Shown here one piece after another: positions 18,725 to 28,956 of a stretch of 64,000 nt of DNA (the stretch's first letter is position 1; each line of letters opens with the position of its first letter). This DNA is from Bdellovibrionales bacterium (lineage in GTDB: Bacteria > Bdellovibrionota > Bdellovibrionia > Bdellovibrionales > UBA1609): the NCBI GenBank assembly GCA_965205945.1, contig CBDBIB010000001.1, forward strand, positions 64,525 through 128,524, read 5' to 3'. The notes under the pieces are model-generated. The model had not been told where the DNA came from. It worked only from the letters and a program-made list of their open reading frames with translations, and made no database searches. The translations under genes and the position numbers were made by a program.

Positions 18725-19813
18725 TTACTTTACCCCTTTATTATACATAGCTTGCACTAGGCTATACTGATACCTATACATCAAGTTCATACTATAGCCT
18801 CTCCAATCTATTGGTGAGTTCCAAATGTAATTTGTATCATTTAAAACCTCTTTGCCATAACTAACTGGAAACAACGTTTTTAATAAGCCTCCTAAATTCT
18901 CACTCTGTTTAGGAGCAAACTCTACAAATCTAAATTTATTTTTTAAAAAATCTTGAATTTTTTCAATAGATTCAGTTTTCATTTTTTTATTATAAACCTC
19001 TTCTAACGTCCAAATATCTAAATAATTATCCTGCCCACCTTTAATAATGATTATAAAGTTTTCCTCTTTCCAAGGTTTAAATGGAGAATTTAACCAAATA
19101 GACCACACAGGAAGAGCCCCAAGGTTTTTAGATTCATAAAAAAATCTTTTCCTATGCCAACCTAAACCATTTCTTATATTATTTTTTTCATTTGATGTTA
19201 AAATCTTTAATTCAGAAACAGTTAAACTTATTATCCAGTCTTTAGAATTCTCTTTAACTTCTAATAAAATTTTACGAAGATCTTGATTCGAGGCTAACTG
19301 TACTTGAACACCCTGCTTTTTTAAAAACTCTAAGCTTTTTAAATAAGTTTTTTTATCTGATCTACGCAAGTATAATTCAGATTCTAGATTAAAAACCTCT
19401 TTCTCCTCAGACCATAGTAAAGCTTTTTTAAATGATGATTTTGAAAAAGATTTTAAAAAATCATCAAACCAAAAGTTCTTATCTTCTAAAACTTTTTTCT
19501 TAAATTCATCTTTAAAAACTTGTAATACAGCTCCTCTATTTAAAGCATCCCAAGATAAATTCCCTAAAGGAGTAGATAAGCAAAATCCTGTTTTTAAAGG
19601 ATGAATAATATCATCAGCTCGAATAAAGTTTACAAAGTCTTCTGGAGAATGAAGTGTTATAGAAAATGGAAAAGGACCATCAATATCTTCAGGATCAGAC
19701 CAGTCTAAATGATTAGTAACTTCAATTAATAAAACTTTAATACCTAAAGACTTTAAACGGTTTGCCAACCAGTGAGAACGCCACCCCATAGAAAGAATAT
19801 TCACTTTATTCAT
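18725..19813 (-). CDS. Hypothetical protein embedded in the pur operon (degenerate Rossmann-like N-terminus)
   Basis: Its ATG (19813-19811) overlaps the purN stop as ATGAATAA, and its stop abuts the purB start. The N-terminus, MNKVNILSMGWRSHWLANRLKSLGIKVLLIEV, is shaped like a dinucleotide-binding fold but lacks GxGxxG. No family recognised. Confidence 0.6.
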   Translation of the reverse strand: MNKVNILSMGWRSHWLANRLKSLGIKVLLIEVTNHLDWSDPEDIDGPFPFSITLHSPEDFVNFIRADDIIHPLKTGFCLSTPLGNLSWDALNRGAVLQVFKDEFKKKVLEDKNFWFDDFLKSFSKSSFKKALLWSEEKEVFNLESELYLRRSDKKTYLKSLEFLKKQGVQVQLASNQDLRKILLEVKENSKDWIISLTVSELKILTSNEKNNIRNGLGWHRKRFFYESKNLGALPVWSIWLNSPFKPWKEENFIIIIKGGQDNYLDIWTLEEVYNKKMKTESIEKIQDFLKNKFRFVEFAPKQSENLGGLLKTLFPVSYGKEVLNDTNYIWNSPIDWRGYSMNLMYRYQYSLVQAMYNKGVK

Positions 19814-20348
19814 ATAAACCTTTAGTTTTTTGAATATATTTAAAAATAAGCCTTTGCTCAAACTGGTGTATACATTCTACAAAACTTTTAAAGTCAAAAC
19901 TTCCAACTATATTTTTTTGAAGCAGTATAGTACCCTCATCTACCTGAGCAACAGCTTTGTGCAAAGTGCAGCCCCTTCCTATATTAGTTTTATAAGATTT
20001 TTCAATGGCATTTAAACCTGGGAAATAAGGTAAGATTGATGGATGAAGATTAATAAATTCGGCCTTAACTATTTTTAAAAAAGTCTCGGGTATAATTTTC
20101 ATAAACCCTAAAAGAAAAATCCTTTTTATTTTAAGAACATTAATTTTATTCGAAAACTCTACCCAGTCTAAAGGGTTTTTTAATGAAACTACTTCTATTT
20201 TAAAACCTCTTCTTTGAGCCCATACTAAACCCTCACAGTTTTTATTAGCAAATACATAAAAAGTAGACTTTGAATAAGTATCTAAGAGAGCCTTAAGATT
20301 TGAGCCTTTTCCTGATATAAATATAGCTTGCCTTATACTTGTAAGCAC
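19806..20348 (-). CDS. purN: Phosphoribosylglycinamide formyltransferase
   Basis: 180 aa; ISGKGSNL and NLHPSILP motifs. Confidence 0.9.
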   Translation of the reverse strand: MLTSIRQAIFISGKGSNLKALLDTYSKSTFYVFANKNCEGLVWAQRRGFKIEVVSLKNPLDWVEFSNKINVLKIKRIFLLGFMKIIPETFLKIVKAEFINLHPSILPYFPGLNAIEKSYKTNIGRGCTLHKAVAQVDEGTILLQKNIVGSFDFKSFVECIHQFEQRLIFKYIQKTKGLYE

Positions 20349-20353
20349 TCTTC

Positions 20354-21409
20354 TTACTTAATCCTCCATTTTTGAATTCCTACCATTTTACAAACATGCC
20401 CACTTGTAACAATCTGCATACCTAAAACCATTTTAATAACTTTTAAAACTTGCTTAAAATGATTTGGATCTATTATTATGAAAAAACCAATTCCACAGTT
20501 AAATACCTTATACATTTGCTCTTTAGTTAAATTAGCCTTAGACATTGCAACTGTATAAATTTCTTCCCAATTCCAATCTTTAAGTTCTACCCCTAAACCA
20601 TCCGGCATAATACGATTGATATTATCCATACCTCCACCTGTAATATGTGCTGAAACTCTTACAGCTCTCATTAAACCCTTATCTTTTAATGCTTTAACTA
20701 GGGGCCAATAAAGTTTTGTAGGTTTCATTAATTCATCTACATATTCCCCACCATTTTCACCAAATATTCTTCTTAATAAGGAATAACCATTTGAATGAAA
20801 CCCTGAACTTGAAATGCCTAAAATATGGTCGCCTTTTTGAACCTTTTTAGTTGTCCATGCCTTTTCCTCATCAACAACTCCCACTGCAAAACCTGCTGCA
20901 TCAAAATGACCAGCACTGTATAGACCTGGAAGCTCTGCTGTCTCACCCCCAATAAGAGCAGCACCTGACTGAGTACAAGCTTTTCTTAAATTTGTAAAAA
21001 ACTCTTTAAGCTGCTCCTCTTTTAGCTTAGATGTTGCAAAATAGTCTAGAAAGAATAATGGCTCAGCCCCTGTGCAAAGAAGATCATTTACACACATTCC
21101 AACCAAATCTTGAGCAAGCCCCTTTGTTTTACCCGATGCTAAACCCATTAACAACTTAGTTCCTATACCATCAGTTGAGGAAACTAAAAGAGGCTCCTTC
21201 ATATCAGAAAAGCTTCCCTTAAAAAGAGCAGCAAAGCCACCAATGCCTGAAACTAGACGCTTTTGATGAGGAGAACTTGTTTCTGATAAATTTGTACTCT
21301 TCATCCACTCAACAACTTTATCAGCTTTTTTAACATCCACGCCCGATAATTTATAGGTTAGCTTTTCAGACTCATCAATACTATTTCCACCAGGCTCACC
21401 TGACTTCAT
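20354..21409 (-). CDS. purM: Phosphoribosylformylglycinamidine cyclo-ligase (AIR synthase)
   Basis: 351 aa; STDGIGTK and GGETAE motifs. Confidence 0.95.
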   Translation of the reverse strand: MKSGEPGGNSIDESEKLTYKLSGVDVKKADKVVEWMKSTNLSETSSPHQKRLVSGIGGFAALFKGSFSDMKEPLLVSSTDGIGTKLLMGLASGKTKGLAQDLVGMCVNDLLCTGAEPLFFLDYFATSKLKEEQLKEFFTNLRKACTQSGAALIGGETAELPGLYSAGHFDAAGFAVGVVDEEKAWTTKKVQKGDHILGISSSGFHSNGYSLLRRIFGENGGEYVDELMKPTKLYWPLVKALKDKGLMRAVRVSAHITGGGMDNINRIMPDGLGVELKDWNWEEIYTVAMSKANLTKEQMYKVFNCGIGFFIIIDPNHFKQVLKVIKMVLGMQIVTSGHVCKMVGIQKWRIK

Positions 21410-21822
21410 ATTATACCCCTATAATGTTATATAAAATAATATTTACACCAAACAGCCTACCTCAGTCTATATCAGAGAAAGCTTTTTTAGGTTAGGTTTT
21501 TATTTATTTCTTTCTAAGAAAGACTACACTAAAAAAAATTATAGAATTTGCTCTGATTTATGCCATTATTATTAAGCTTTTACAATACTTACATATTACG
21601 GTGCTATGGAAATAAGAAAATCACCATTATTTATGACCATAATGCCTTTAAAGGTCTATTGCTTAACGTGATTTAAAAGTAAAATTCCTAAGATTCCACC
21701 TTAATAAAGCTTAAAATAAAATACTTTCTTTAACTTATCCTTGATTTTTTTTAAAAAAATCTAGACTTACTACACAGCACTCTTAATTAAGAAATCTCTT
21801 AAAAAATACGTAAATATGTAAA

Positions 21823-22470
21823 TTAAGGCTTTTGTATAACTTCAGATGCTTTCGTCTTCTCTACAGCTACTTGAGCAAAATCTATTTTACTCTCTCTTTT
21901 TTTAAAATCTTTATAAACTTTAATTTTTTTAATATCAGGGGCAAGAATAACAAAAAGCTGTCTTCCTTCTTTTTTAGGTACTGTTTCTATAACAGAAATA
22001 TTATCAAGCTTCTTTATAACCTTCATTAAAAGATCATGACCAAGTTCCTGGTGAGCCATTTCTCTACCAGAAAATCTTAAATTCACCTTTACTTTATCAC
22101 CATTTAATATAAATTTAGTGGCATGTTTAAGTTTAGTTTCTAAATCATGATCCTCTGTACGAGGTCTCATTTGAATTTCTTTTATTGATATTATAGTCTG
22201 TTTCTTTCTAGATTCCACAGCTTTTTTCTTATTTTCATACTTCCACTTTCCATAATCCATAATTTTACATGTAGGAGGCTTTGCATTTGGAGCAACTTCA
22301 ATAAGGTCTAAACCCTTATCACGAGCAATTTGTAAAGCTTCTTGAATCCTCATAGAACCAAGCATTGTTCCATCATTAGAAATCACACGAACTTCTAAAG
22401 CTCTAATTCTATCATTAACTTTATGACCTTCATCTCTTTGAGGGCGTCGCCCTCCTTTTCCACCTTTAAT
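21823..22470 (-). CDS. infC: Translation initiation factor IF-3, ATT start codon
   Basis: The track ORF begins at an internal Met. Upstream in frame reads IKGGKGGRRPQRDEGHKVNDRIRALEVRVISNDG, starting at ATT (22470-22468) 5 nt after GGAGG. A conserved AUU start is a known infC autoregulatory feature. Confidence 0.9.
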   Translation of the reverse strand: MKGGKGGRRPQRDEGHKVNDRIRALEVRVISNDGTMLGSMRIQEALQIARDKGLDLIEVAPNAKPPTCKIMDYGKWKYENKKKAVESRKKQTIISIKEIQMRPRTEDHDLETKLKHATKFILNGDKVKVNLRFSGREMAHQELGHDLLMKVIKKLDNISVIETVPKKEGRQLFVILAPDIKKIKVYKDFKKRESKIDFAQVAVEKTKASEVIQKP

Positions 22471-22491
22471 AGTTGCCTCCTATAAGCTTAT

Positions 22492-24420
22492 TTATAAATC
22501 CAATAAACGTAATTTATCACGTACTACTAATTCTTTAATAAATTCATCTACACTTAAATCTTTTTTTACTTGGCCTGTTCTAAGTCTTATAGAAACATTG
22601 CCACTCTTTACCTCTTCATCACCACAAATAATCATATAAGGAACCTGTTCTAATTGTGCCTCTCTAATTTTAAAACCTAATTTTTCAGCTCTAAAATCAA
22701 ATTCAGCACGAATGCCCTTTTCTTTAAACTTTTGTCTTAAAGTCTGACAAAAATTTTGATGCTTATTAGAAACATTTAAAATCTTAACCTGCACTGGAAC
22801 TATCCAAAAAGGAAGTCTTCCTGCTGTATGCTCTAAATACACTCCAAAAAATCTCTCCATAGAACCTAAAATAGCTCTATGTAACATAACCGGTTTTTCT
22901 AAATTATTATCTTCGTTTACAAATGACAAATCAAAAACATCAGGAAGATTAAAATCACACTGTACTGTTCCTAACTGCAACTTTCTTTTAAGAGCATCTA
23001 CAAACATGATATCAAGCTTTGGTCCATAAAAAGCCCCTTCACCTTCATTAACTTTAAATGATAAATTTAAACTTATTAGAGCCTTTGACAAAGCCTCTTC
23101 AGCTTTATCCCAAATTTCATCACTTCCCATTCGTTTTTTAGGGCGAGTAGATAAGAAAATTTCATATTCAAGCATTCCAAGCTCTGTATAGACTTCCTTT
23201 AAAAAAGTCATTACTTGAGCTATCTCATCTTGTAACTGACTTATTCTACAAAAAACATGAGCATCATCTTGGCAAAATGTTCTTACACGAGTTAAGCCCT
23301 GGACAACACCTGAACGCTCATATCTATGTAGTCTTCCAAAATCTGCAACTCTCCAAGGAAGCTCTCTATAAGATTTTTTTTTCGTATTATATAAAAGACA
23401 GTGCCCAGGACAGTTCATAGGCTTTACTGAAAATTCACGCCCATCTGTTTCTGTAAAAAACATATTCTCTTTATAATTTTTATAATGACCACTTTTATGA
23501 TAAAGTTTTATGTCAAAAATTTGAGGCGTAATAACTTCACCATAGCCATATTTTTTATACTTCTCCCTCATATAATTCTGCAAAGCGTTATATATAAAAG
23601 TTCCCTTAAAGGTAAAAAATGGAGACCCTGGAGCATATTCAGAAACCATTGTAAAAAGATCTAAATTCTTACCTATAATACGATGGTCTCTTTTTTTAGC
23701 TTCAGCAAGTAAATGCATATATTCATCTAAAGCCTCTTTAGATTCAAAAGCTGTTCCATAAATACGCTGTAAACTTTCTTTTTTCTCATCTCCACGCCAG
23801 TAAGAACTTGCAATAGATAAAAGTTTAAAAGCTTTTATTTGTCCAGTTTTTTGAATGTGTGGACCTCTACAAAGATCAAACCAACCCCCACCTTGTTCAT
23901 ATATAAAAACTTCTTTAATCTCTAAGAGATCTTTAATCAGTTCAACTTTAAATTTTTCCCCAAGCTTATTAAATATTTGAATAGCCTCATCTTTAGAAAT
24001 TATTTTTTTTTCTAAAGACTGATTTTTCTTAATAATGTAATTCATTTTTTTTTCTAAAGCTTTTAAATCATCTAAAGTAAATGGTTCTTCACGATAAAAA
24101 TCATAATAAAACCCATCTTCTGTAACAGGACCAATTGTAACCTGTGTTCCTGGATAGAGCTCTTGAACAGCTTCAGCCAAAACATGAGCCGTTGAGTGGC
24201 GAATAACTTGACGACCATCTAAAGAGTTTAAGGTTACAATTTCAAGTTTTGTCCCGTCCTCTAATTTAGTCCTAAAATCAACAACAGTTTTTTCTCCATT
24301 GATTTTAGCTCCAACAGTATCTTTTGCTAGCTTTAAACTAATACTTTTTGCAACCTCTAAAACTGTGGGATTACTTTTAAATTCTTTAATGGATTTATCT
24401 AAAAGATATATCTTAATCAT
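22492..24420 (-). CDS. thrS: Threonine-tRNA ligase
   Basis: 642 aa; TGS N-terminus, class II core (FRAEKLG, HRAILGS-type motifs); immediately upstream of infC. Confidence 0.95.
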   Translation of the reverse strand: MIKIYLLDKSIKEFKSNPTVLEVAKSISLKLAKDTVGAKINGEKTVVDFRTKLEDGTKLEIVTLNSLDGRQVIRHSTAHVLAEAVQELYPGTQVTIGPVTEDGFYYDFYREEPFTLDDLKALEKKMNYIIKKNQSLEKKIISKDEAIQIFNKLGEKFKVELIKDLLEIKEVFIYEQGGGWFDLCRGPHIQKTGQIKAFKLLSIASSYWRGDEKKESLQRIYGTAFESKEALDEYMHLLAEAKKRDHRIIGKNLDLFTMVSEYAPGSPFFTFKGTFIYNALQNYMREKYKKYGYGEVITPQIFDIKLYHKSGHYKNYKENMFFTETDGREFSVKPMNCPGHCLLYNTKKKSYRELPWRVADFGRLHRYERSGVVQGLTRVRTFCQDDAHVFCRISQLQDEIAQVMTFLKEVYTELGMLEYEIFLSTRPKKRMGSDEIWDKAEEALSKALISLNLSFKVNEGEGAFYGPKLDIMFVDALKRKLQLGTVQCDFNLPDVFDLSFVNEDNNLEKPVMLHRAILGSMERFFGVYLEHTAGRLPFWIVPVQVKILNVSNKHQNFCQTLRQKFKEKGIRAEFDFRAEKLGFKIREAQLEQVPYMIICGDEEVKSGNVSIRLRTGQVKKDLSVDEFIKELVVRDKLRLLDL

Positions 24421-24714
24421 GATAATGATTAAAAATTTGTATTCTTATTTAAAACATTTTCTACCATTCCCCAATAAAAACCTGTTTTAAGGGATTCTGT
24501 CAATATAAGAGAGGCTTTATTTTGGCCCAAAAAAGTGACATAAAGCCATTAAAACTACTACTCATAGTTTGTCCTCATTAAAGACATAAAAGCTAGAAAA
24601 AAGTAGCTCGTTTTATATTGAATTTGGACACTAGTAGTCATACTCACCAGCACTATTGCTCTTCTAAGCCTTAAAAACTAATAAGGAAACAACACGATAT
24701 TAAAGATGATAAAT

Positions 24715-25926
24715 TCAAACTAAAATCTCTTTAGGAAACGCATGTAAATTATAAGCACTCGCCATAGACATTCCATAAGCTCCAGTATCCATAATAGCTA
24801 TCCACTCGCCCTCTTTAGGAACCTGCAAAGCTCTATCATAACCTATAATATCTGAAGATTCACAAACAGGACCGGCCACATCAAAGTTTTTAACGGTTCT
24901 AGTTTTATCAAATTTTAAAGGAACAATATTATGATAAGCTGAATAAAGTGAGGGTCTTATTAAATGATGCATTCCTGTATTTAAAATTATAAAATCTTTA
25001 AAACCATTATTCTTAATATATTCCACTCTAGCTAATAAAACACCCGCTCTTGCAACAATAGATCTTCCAGGTTCAAATAAAACTTCTCCCTTAAAGTCTT
25101 TAAATAAGGGCGTAATTTTCTCTCCAAACTCTGTAATACTTTTAATATCATCTTCTTCATTATTAGAATGGTAATCTACTCCTAATCCACCACCTAAATT
25201 TAAATACTTAATTTCATATCCTTTTAATGATAATTCCTTTTTAACTCTTAAAATAGATTCTAAGGCTTTAACTAACGGATCCGTGTTCATAATTTGTGAA
25301 CCAATATGACAACTTATTCCCTGTAATCTAACAAATTCTTTACTTGATTTTAAAGCCTTTAATACTAACGACAATTGCTCTAAAGGTATTCCAAATTTAT
25401 TCTCTCTTAAACCTGTTGAAATATATGGATGAGTATCTACTGTTATATCAGGATTTAATCTTATTCCTATGGCTACCTTTTTATTTAAACTTCTTGCTAT
25501 TTTAAAAACTCTTGTTATTTCAGAAATAGATTCACAATTTATTTGAAAAATATTTTTTTCTAAAGCTTCTTTAATTTCAGTTTTAGTTTTTCCAACACCA
25601 GAAAAAATAATCTCATCGCTATTAAACCCTGATTCTAACGCTCTATTAAATTCTCTAATAGAAACAACATCAGCACCAAATCCTTGTTTTTTAATAAAGG
25701 ACATCAACTCTAAATTTGGATTTGCTTTTACTGCATAATAAATACGATTCTTAAATTTTTTAAAAGCAGTTTTATACGCCTCCACCCTCCTTTTAACTGT
25801 CTGAAGACTATATAAATATATCGGTCTGTCTACCCCTTGAGTATACGTTATTAAGGGTATCTTACTGCCTTTTGTATTTAAAGATAGCCTATTCTTATCA
25901 TAAAAAAAACTTAAGCGATGAAACAT
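24715..25926 (-). CDS. lysA: Diaminopimelate decarboxylase
   Basis: 403 aa; YAVKANPN PLP-lysine motif, GGGLGV, and CESSD. Confidence 0.9.
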   Translation of the reverse strand: MFHRLSFFYDKNRLSLNTKGSKIPLITYTQGVDRPIYLYSLQTVKRRVEAYKTAFKKFKNRIYYAVKANPNLELMSFIKKQGFGADVVSIREFNRALESGFNSDEIIFSGVGKTKTEIKEALEKNIFQINCESISEITRVFKIARSLNKKVAIGIRLNPDITVDTHPYISTGLRENKFGIPLEQLSLVLKALKSSKEFVRLQGISCHIGSQIMNTDPLVKALESILRVKKELSLKGYEIKYLNLGGGLGVDYHSNNEEDDIKSITEFGEKITPLFKDFKGEVLFEPGRSIVARAGVLLARVEYIKNNGFKDFIILNTGMHHLIRPSLYSAYHNIVPLKFDKTRTVKNFDVAGPVCESSDIIGYDRALQVPKEGEWIAIMDTGAYGMSMASAYNLHAFPKEILV

Positions 25927-25927
25927 T

Positions 25928-27145
25928 TTAACCTTTTTCTAAGCCAAACTCAACATGAAGAGCTTGAACCGCTAATTCAACTTGTTCACGAGGAAGCACA
26001 CCACTCATTTTAATATCACTTGTAGTTACAAGTTTTAAATCAACTCCTGATTCTTTAAAAGTTTTAAAAAATCTTGCAGCAACTCCTGAATAAGTTATCA
26101 TTCCAACACCAACAATAGAAACCTTTGCAACATTAGGAATCTCTTTAATCTTAATTGTTTCATCTTTAAATAAAGATTTTAATATTTTTATTCCCTCAAA
26201 AACATCTTCATCGGCAATAGAGAATGCCACTCGTTGGCCCTTAGCAACTTGAGTTTGAGAAATAATATCCACCAGAATTTCTTTTTCAGATAATTTTGTA
26301 AAAAGCTCGGCTAAACAACTTACCCCTGCAGGTGCCGGTTCTACTGATAAAATCGTAATTTTAGAATCATGGGTTATTGCTGAAACTACTGATGCTTCCA
26401 TGGTATTTTTCCTTTTTAATATCCACGTACCTTCACTCTCTAGAAAACTTGATCTAACATGTATTGGAATATCATATTTTGCTGCAATTTCCACACATCT
26501 AAAGTGTAAAACTTTAGACCCTAAAGTAGCCATTTCCATCATTTCTTCGTAATTTAGTTGATAAATTTTAGAGGCTTTGGGCTCAATCCTTGGATCCGCT
26601 GAGTAAACTCCATCAACATCAGTAAAAATTTCACAAACTGATGCATTTAAGGCCGCTGCCAGTGCAACACTTGTTGTGTCAGACCCCCCTCGACCTAAAG
26701 TTGTCACTCTATCTTTCTTATCTATTCCTTGAAAACCTGCAACTACAGGTATAATACCAGAATCTAGCATCTTAGTTAAAAGAGATGTTTCAACATTTTG
26801 TATTCGAGCCTTAGAATACATAGAATCTGTTTTAATACCTAATTGAAAGGCTAGCATTGGAGAAGACTGCATGCCTCTTTTTTGCAGTGCCAGTGCTAAC
26901 AACGAAACCGACACCTGCTCTCCTGAGGCCAATAAAAGATCGTAGGCGTCTCCCCCTCTAGCATTAAAATTCATATTATAAGCAAGCTGTATAAGCCTAT
27001 TTGTTTCACCAGACATTGCCGATGCAACAACAACAAAGCGTTCACCCTTATTAAATGATTTAACCAGTCTATCGGCAACCTTTTTAATCCTTTTTATAGA
27101 TCCTATAGAAGTTCCACCGAACTTCTTGACCAAAACGTTTTTCAT
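25928..27145 (-). CDS. lysC: Aspartate kinase
   Basis: KFGGTSIG motif and C-terminal ACT repeats. Start set at MKNVLVKK (ATG 27145), preceded by AAGGAAA. Confidence 0.9.
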   Translation of the reverse strand: MKNVLVKKFGGTSIGSIKRIKKVADRLVKSFNKGERFVVVASAMSGETNRLIQLAYNMNFNARGGDAYDLLLASGEQVSVSLLALALQKRGMQSSPMLAFQLGIKTDSMYSKARIQNVETSLLTKMLDSGIIPVVAGFQGIDKKDRVTTLGRGGSDTTSVALAAALNASVCEIFTDVDGVYSADPRIEPKASKIYQLNYEEMMEMATLGSKVLHFRCVEIAAKYDIPIHVRSSFLESEGTWILKRKNTMEASVVSAITHDSKITILSVEPAPAGVSCLAELFTKLSEKEILVDIISQTQVAKGQRVAFSIADEDVFEGIKILKSLFKDETIKIKEIPNVAKVSIVGVGMITYSGVAARFFKTFKESGVDLKLVTTSDIKMSGVLPREQVELAVQALHVEFGLEKG

Positions 27146-27175
27146 AGTGTTTCCTTCTAACAAAGAGGTTCACAT

Positions 27176-27847
27176 ATGAAAAGTTTTATCTTTGGAAAAT
27201 CATCATTAAACCTTCCCCTTTTTGGAATAGATTTTTGTTACAAAATCACAAATACTTCAAAGCATATCCTTATTCTTAGTGGGGTTCATGGGGATGAGGT
27301 TGAAGGAGTTATCTTAGCAAAAGCTCTTATAGGAAAACTTATAAAACACCCTATTAAAAATATAAAAATTTCCTTAGTACCAGAATTTAATATTGAAGGT
27401 ATTTTATTAAAAACTCGACAAAACTATGCAGGAGTGGATTTAAATCGTAATCTTCCTACAAAAGACTGGACTCCAACTTATACAAAAATTCGATACTTCC
27501 CTGGAACAGCCCCCTGTAGTGAAAATGAAAATAAAGCCCTTAATACTTACCTTAATGAAAATAAAATTGACTTTATCATATCCCTACACTCATGGAAGCC
27601 CATGCTTAATATCAACGGCGACTGCTCTTTAATTGCTGACCATATTTCAAAAAAAACAGGTCTTATAATTAAGGACAATATTGGCTATCCTACTCCTGGC
27701 TCTTTAGGAACCTACACAGGTTTTGAAAAAAATATCCCTACTCTAACCTATGAAATTCAAAAAGGAATTGATATGGAAGAAATTTTAAAAGTTCATTTAA
27801 AACCTATTTATGACAGTATTAAAATATTTAGTGAAGGAAAAAAATAA
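27176..27847 (+). CDS. M14-type zinc carboxypeptidase/amidase-fold protein (MpaA / succinylglutamate-desuccinylase-like)
   Basis: 223 aa; SGVHGDEVEG (HxxE), DLNRN and SLHSW motifs. The stop lies 2 nt before the dapD start. Confidence 0.65.
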   Translation: MKSFIFGKSSLNLPLFGIDFCYKITNTSKHILILSGVHGDEVEGVILAKALIGKLIKHPIKNIKISLVPEFNIEGILLKTRQNYAGVDLNRNLPTKDWTPTYTKIRYFPGTAPCSENENKALNTYLNENKIDFIISLHSWKPMLNINGDCSLIADHISKKTGLIIKDNIGYPTPGSLGTYTGFEKNIPTLTYEIQKGIDMEEILKVHLKPIYDSIKIFSEGKK

Positions 27848-27849
27848 CT

Positions 27850-28692
27850 ATGAGCACTACATATCTAGAAAATAAAATTGAAAAATACTACAATGAGTCT
27901 AAAAATTCTATAAAGTTTGATTCATTTCCACAAGAAATGATTGATTCTATAAAAATGACTATTGACTTACTTGATAAAGGAAAACTTCGTACAGTCAAAT
28001 ATTCTAAAAACAATGACAAGTGGATTGTAAATGAGTGGGTAAAAAAAGCTATTTTACTTTATTTTAAAATTAAAAAAATGAAGGTCTTTGAATCTGGTGA
28101 CCTTAGTTTCTATGATAAAATCCCACTTAAGAAGTGGACTGGAGCAGAAGGAGTTAGGGTGGTACCTCAAGCTCTAGTTAGAAAAGGCGCCTACATTGAA
28201 CCTGGCACAGTGCTTATGCCAAGCTACGTAAATATTGGAGCTTATGTTGGATCCGGGTCAATGGTAGACACTTGGGCCACTGTTGGGTCATGTGCACAAA
28301 TTGGAAAAAATGTTCATCTTTCCGGTGGTGTTGGAATTGGTGGAGTCTTAGAACCGCTTCAAGCCACTCCAGTAACTATTGAAGACGATGTTTTTATTGG
28401 AAGCAGATGTATTGTAGTTGAAGGCGCTCTTGTGAAAAAAGGTGCTGTTTTAGGAGCTGGTGTTGTAATCACTGCATCTACTAAAATTATTGATGTAACA
28501 GGGCCTAAGGAAACTCTTTATAATAATCTAATTCCTCAAAATTCTGTTGTTATTCCTGGTACTATTGAAAAAAAGTTTGCATCAGGAGCTTATGGAGTAC
28601 CTGTAGCCTTAATAATTGGTAAACGAAAACAATCAACAAATAAAAAAACTTCACTAAACCAGACTTTAAGAAGTTTTAATGTTAGTGTATAA
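27850..28692 (+). CDS. dapD: Tetrahydrodipicolinate N-succinyltransferase
   Basis: 280 aa; left-handed beta-helix hexapeptide repeats (GAYVGSGSMVDTWATVGSCAQIGKNVHLSGGVGIGG). Confidence 0.85.
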   Translation: MSTTYLENKIEKYYNESKNSIKFDSFPQEMIDSIKMTIDLLDKGKLRTVKYSKNNDKWIVNEWVKKAILLYFKIKKMKVFESGDLSFYDKIPLKKWTGAEGVRVVPQALVRKGAYIEPGTVLMPSYVNIGAYVGSGSMVDTWATVGSCAQIGKNVHLSGGVGIGGVLEPLQATPVTIEDDVFIGSRCIVVEGALVKKGAVLGAGVVITASTKIIDVTGPKETLYNNLIPQNSVVIPGTIEKKFASGAYGVPVALIIGKRKQSTNKKTSLNQTLRSFNVSV

Positions 28693-28956
28693 ATTTTTTA
28701 AAAAGATTAAAAAATAAATACTGTTTTAAACTTATCCGCTCTAACCTTTACTTATAATAGTTATCATTAATATTACCCCTAGTATTTTAATGAAGTACAC
28801 AATGAAAAAAATATCGACATGAAAAATCTCTAAATAACTCTTCTAAAATCTAGATTTATCTAAATTTAAAAAACACTTAAATTTAACACAATTATTGTGT
28901 GTAGCAACGATGGTTTTTTAATACCAGTTTAATTTACTATTTTATTTTAATATTGG

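Noticed and set aside
21590-21660. Purine-riboswitch-like stretch upstream of purM (minus strand: ...tttccatagcaccgtaatatgtaag...)
   Set aside because: It shares the UUUC..GCACCGUAA..AUGU core string with the xpt-type aptamer. However, the P2 loop lacks the GG needed for the loop-loop kiss, P1 cannot be paired convincingly and P3 would be only 4 bp. It is likely chance in AT-rich DNA. An Infernal scan would settle it.
21410-21822. Expected rpmI-rplT downstream of infC
   Set aside because: There is no ORF of suitable size or composition on the minus strand; the region appears to be non-coding.
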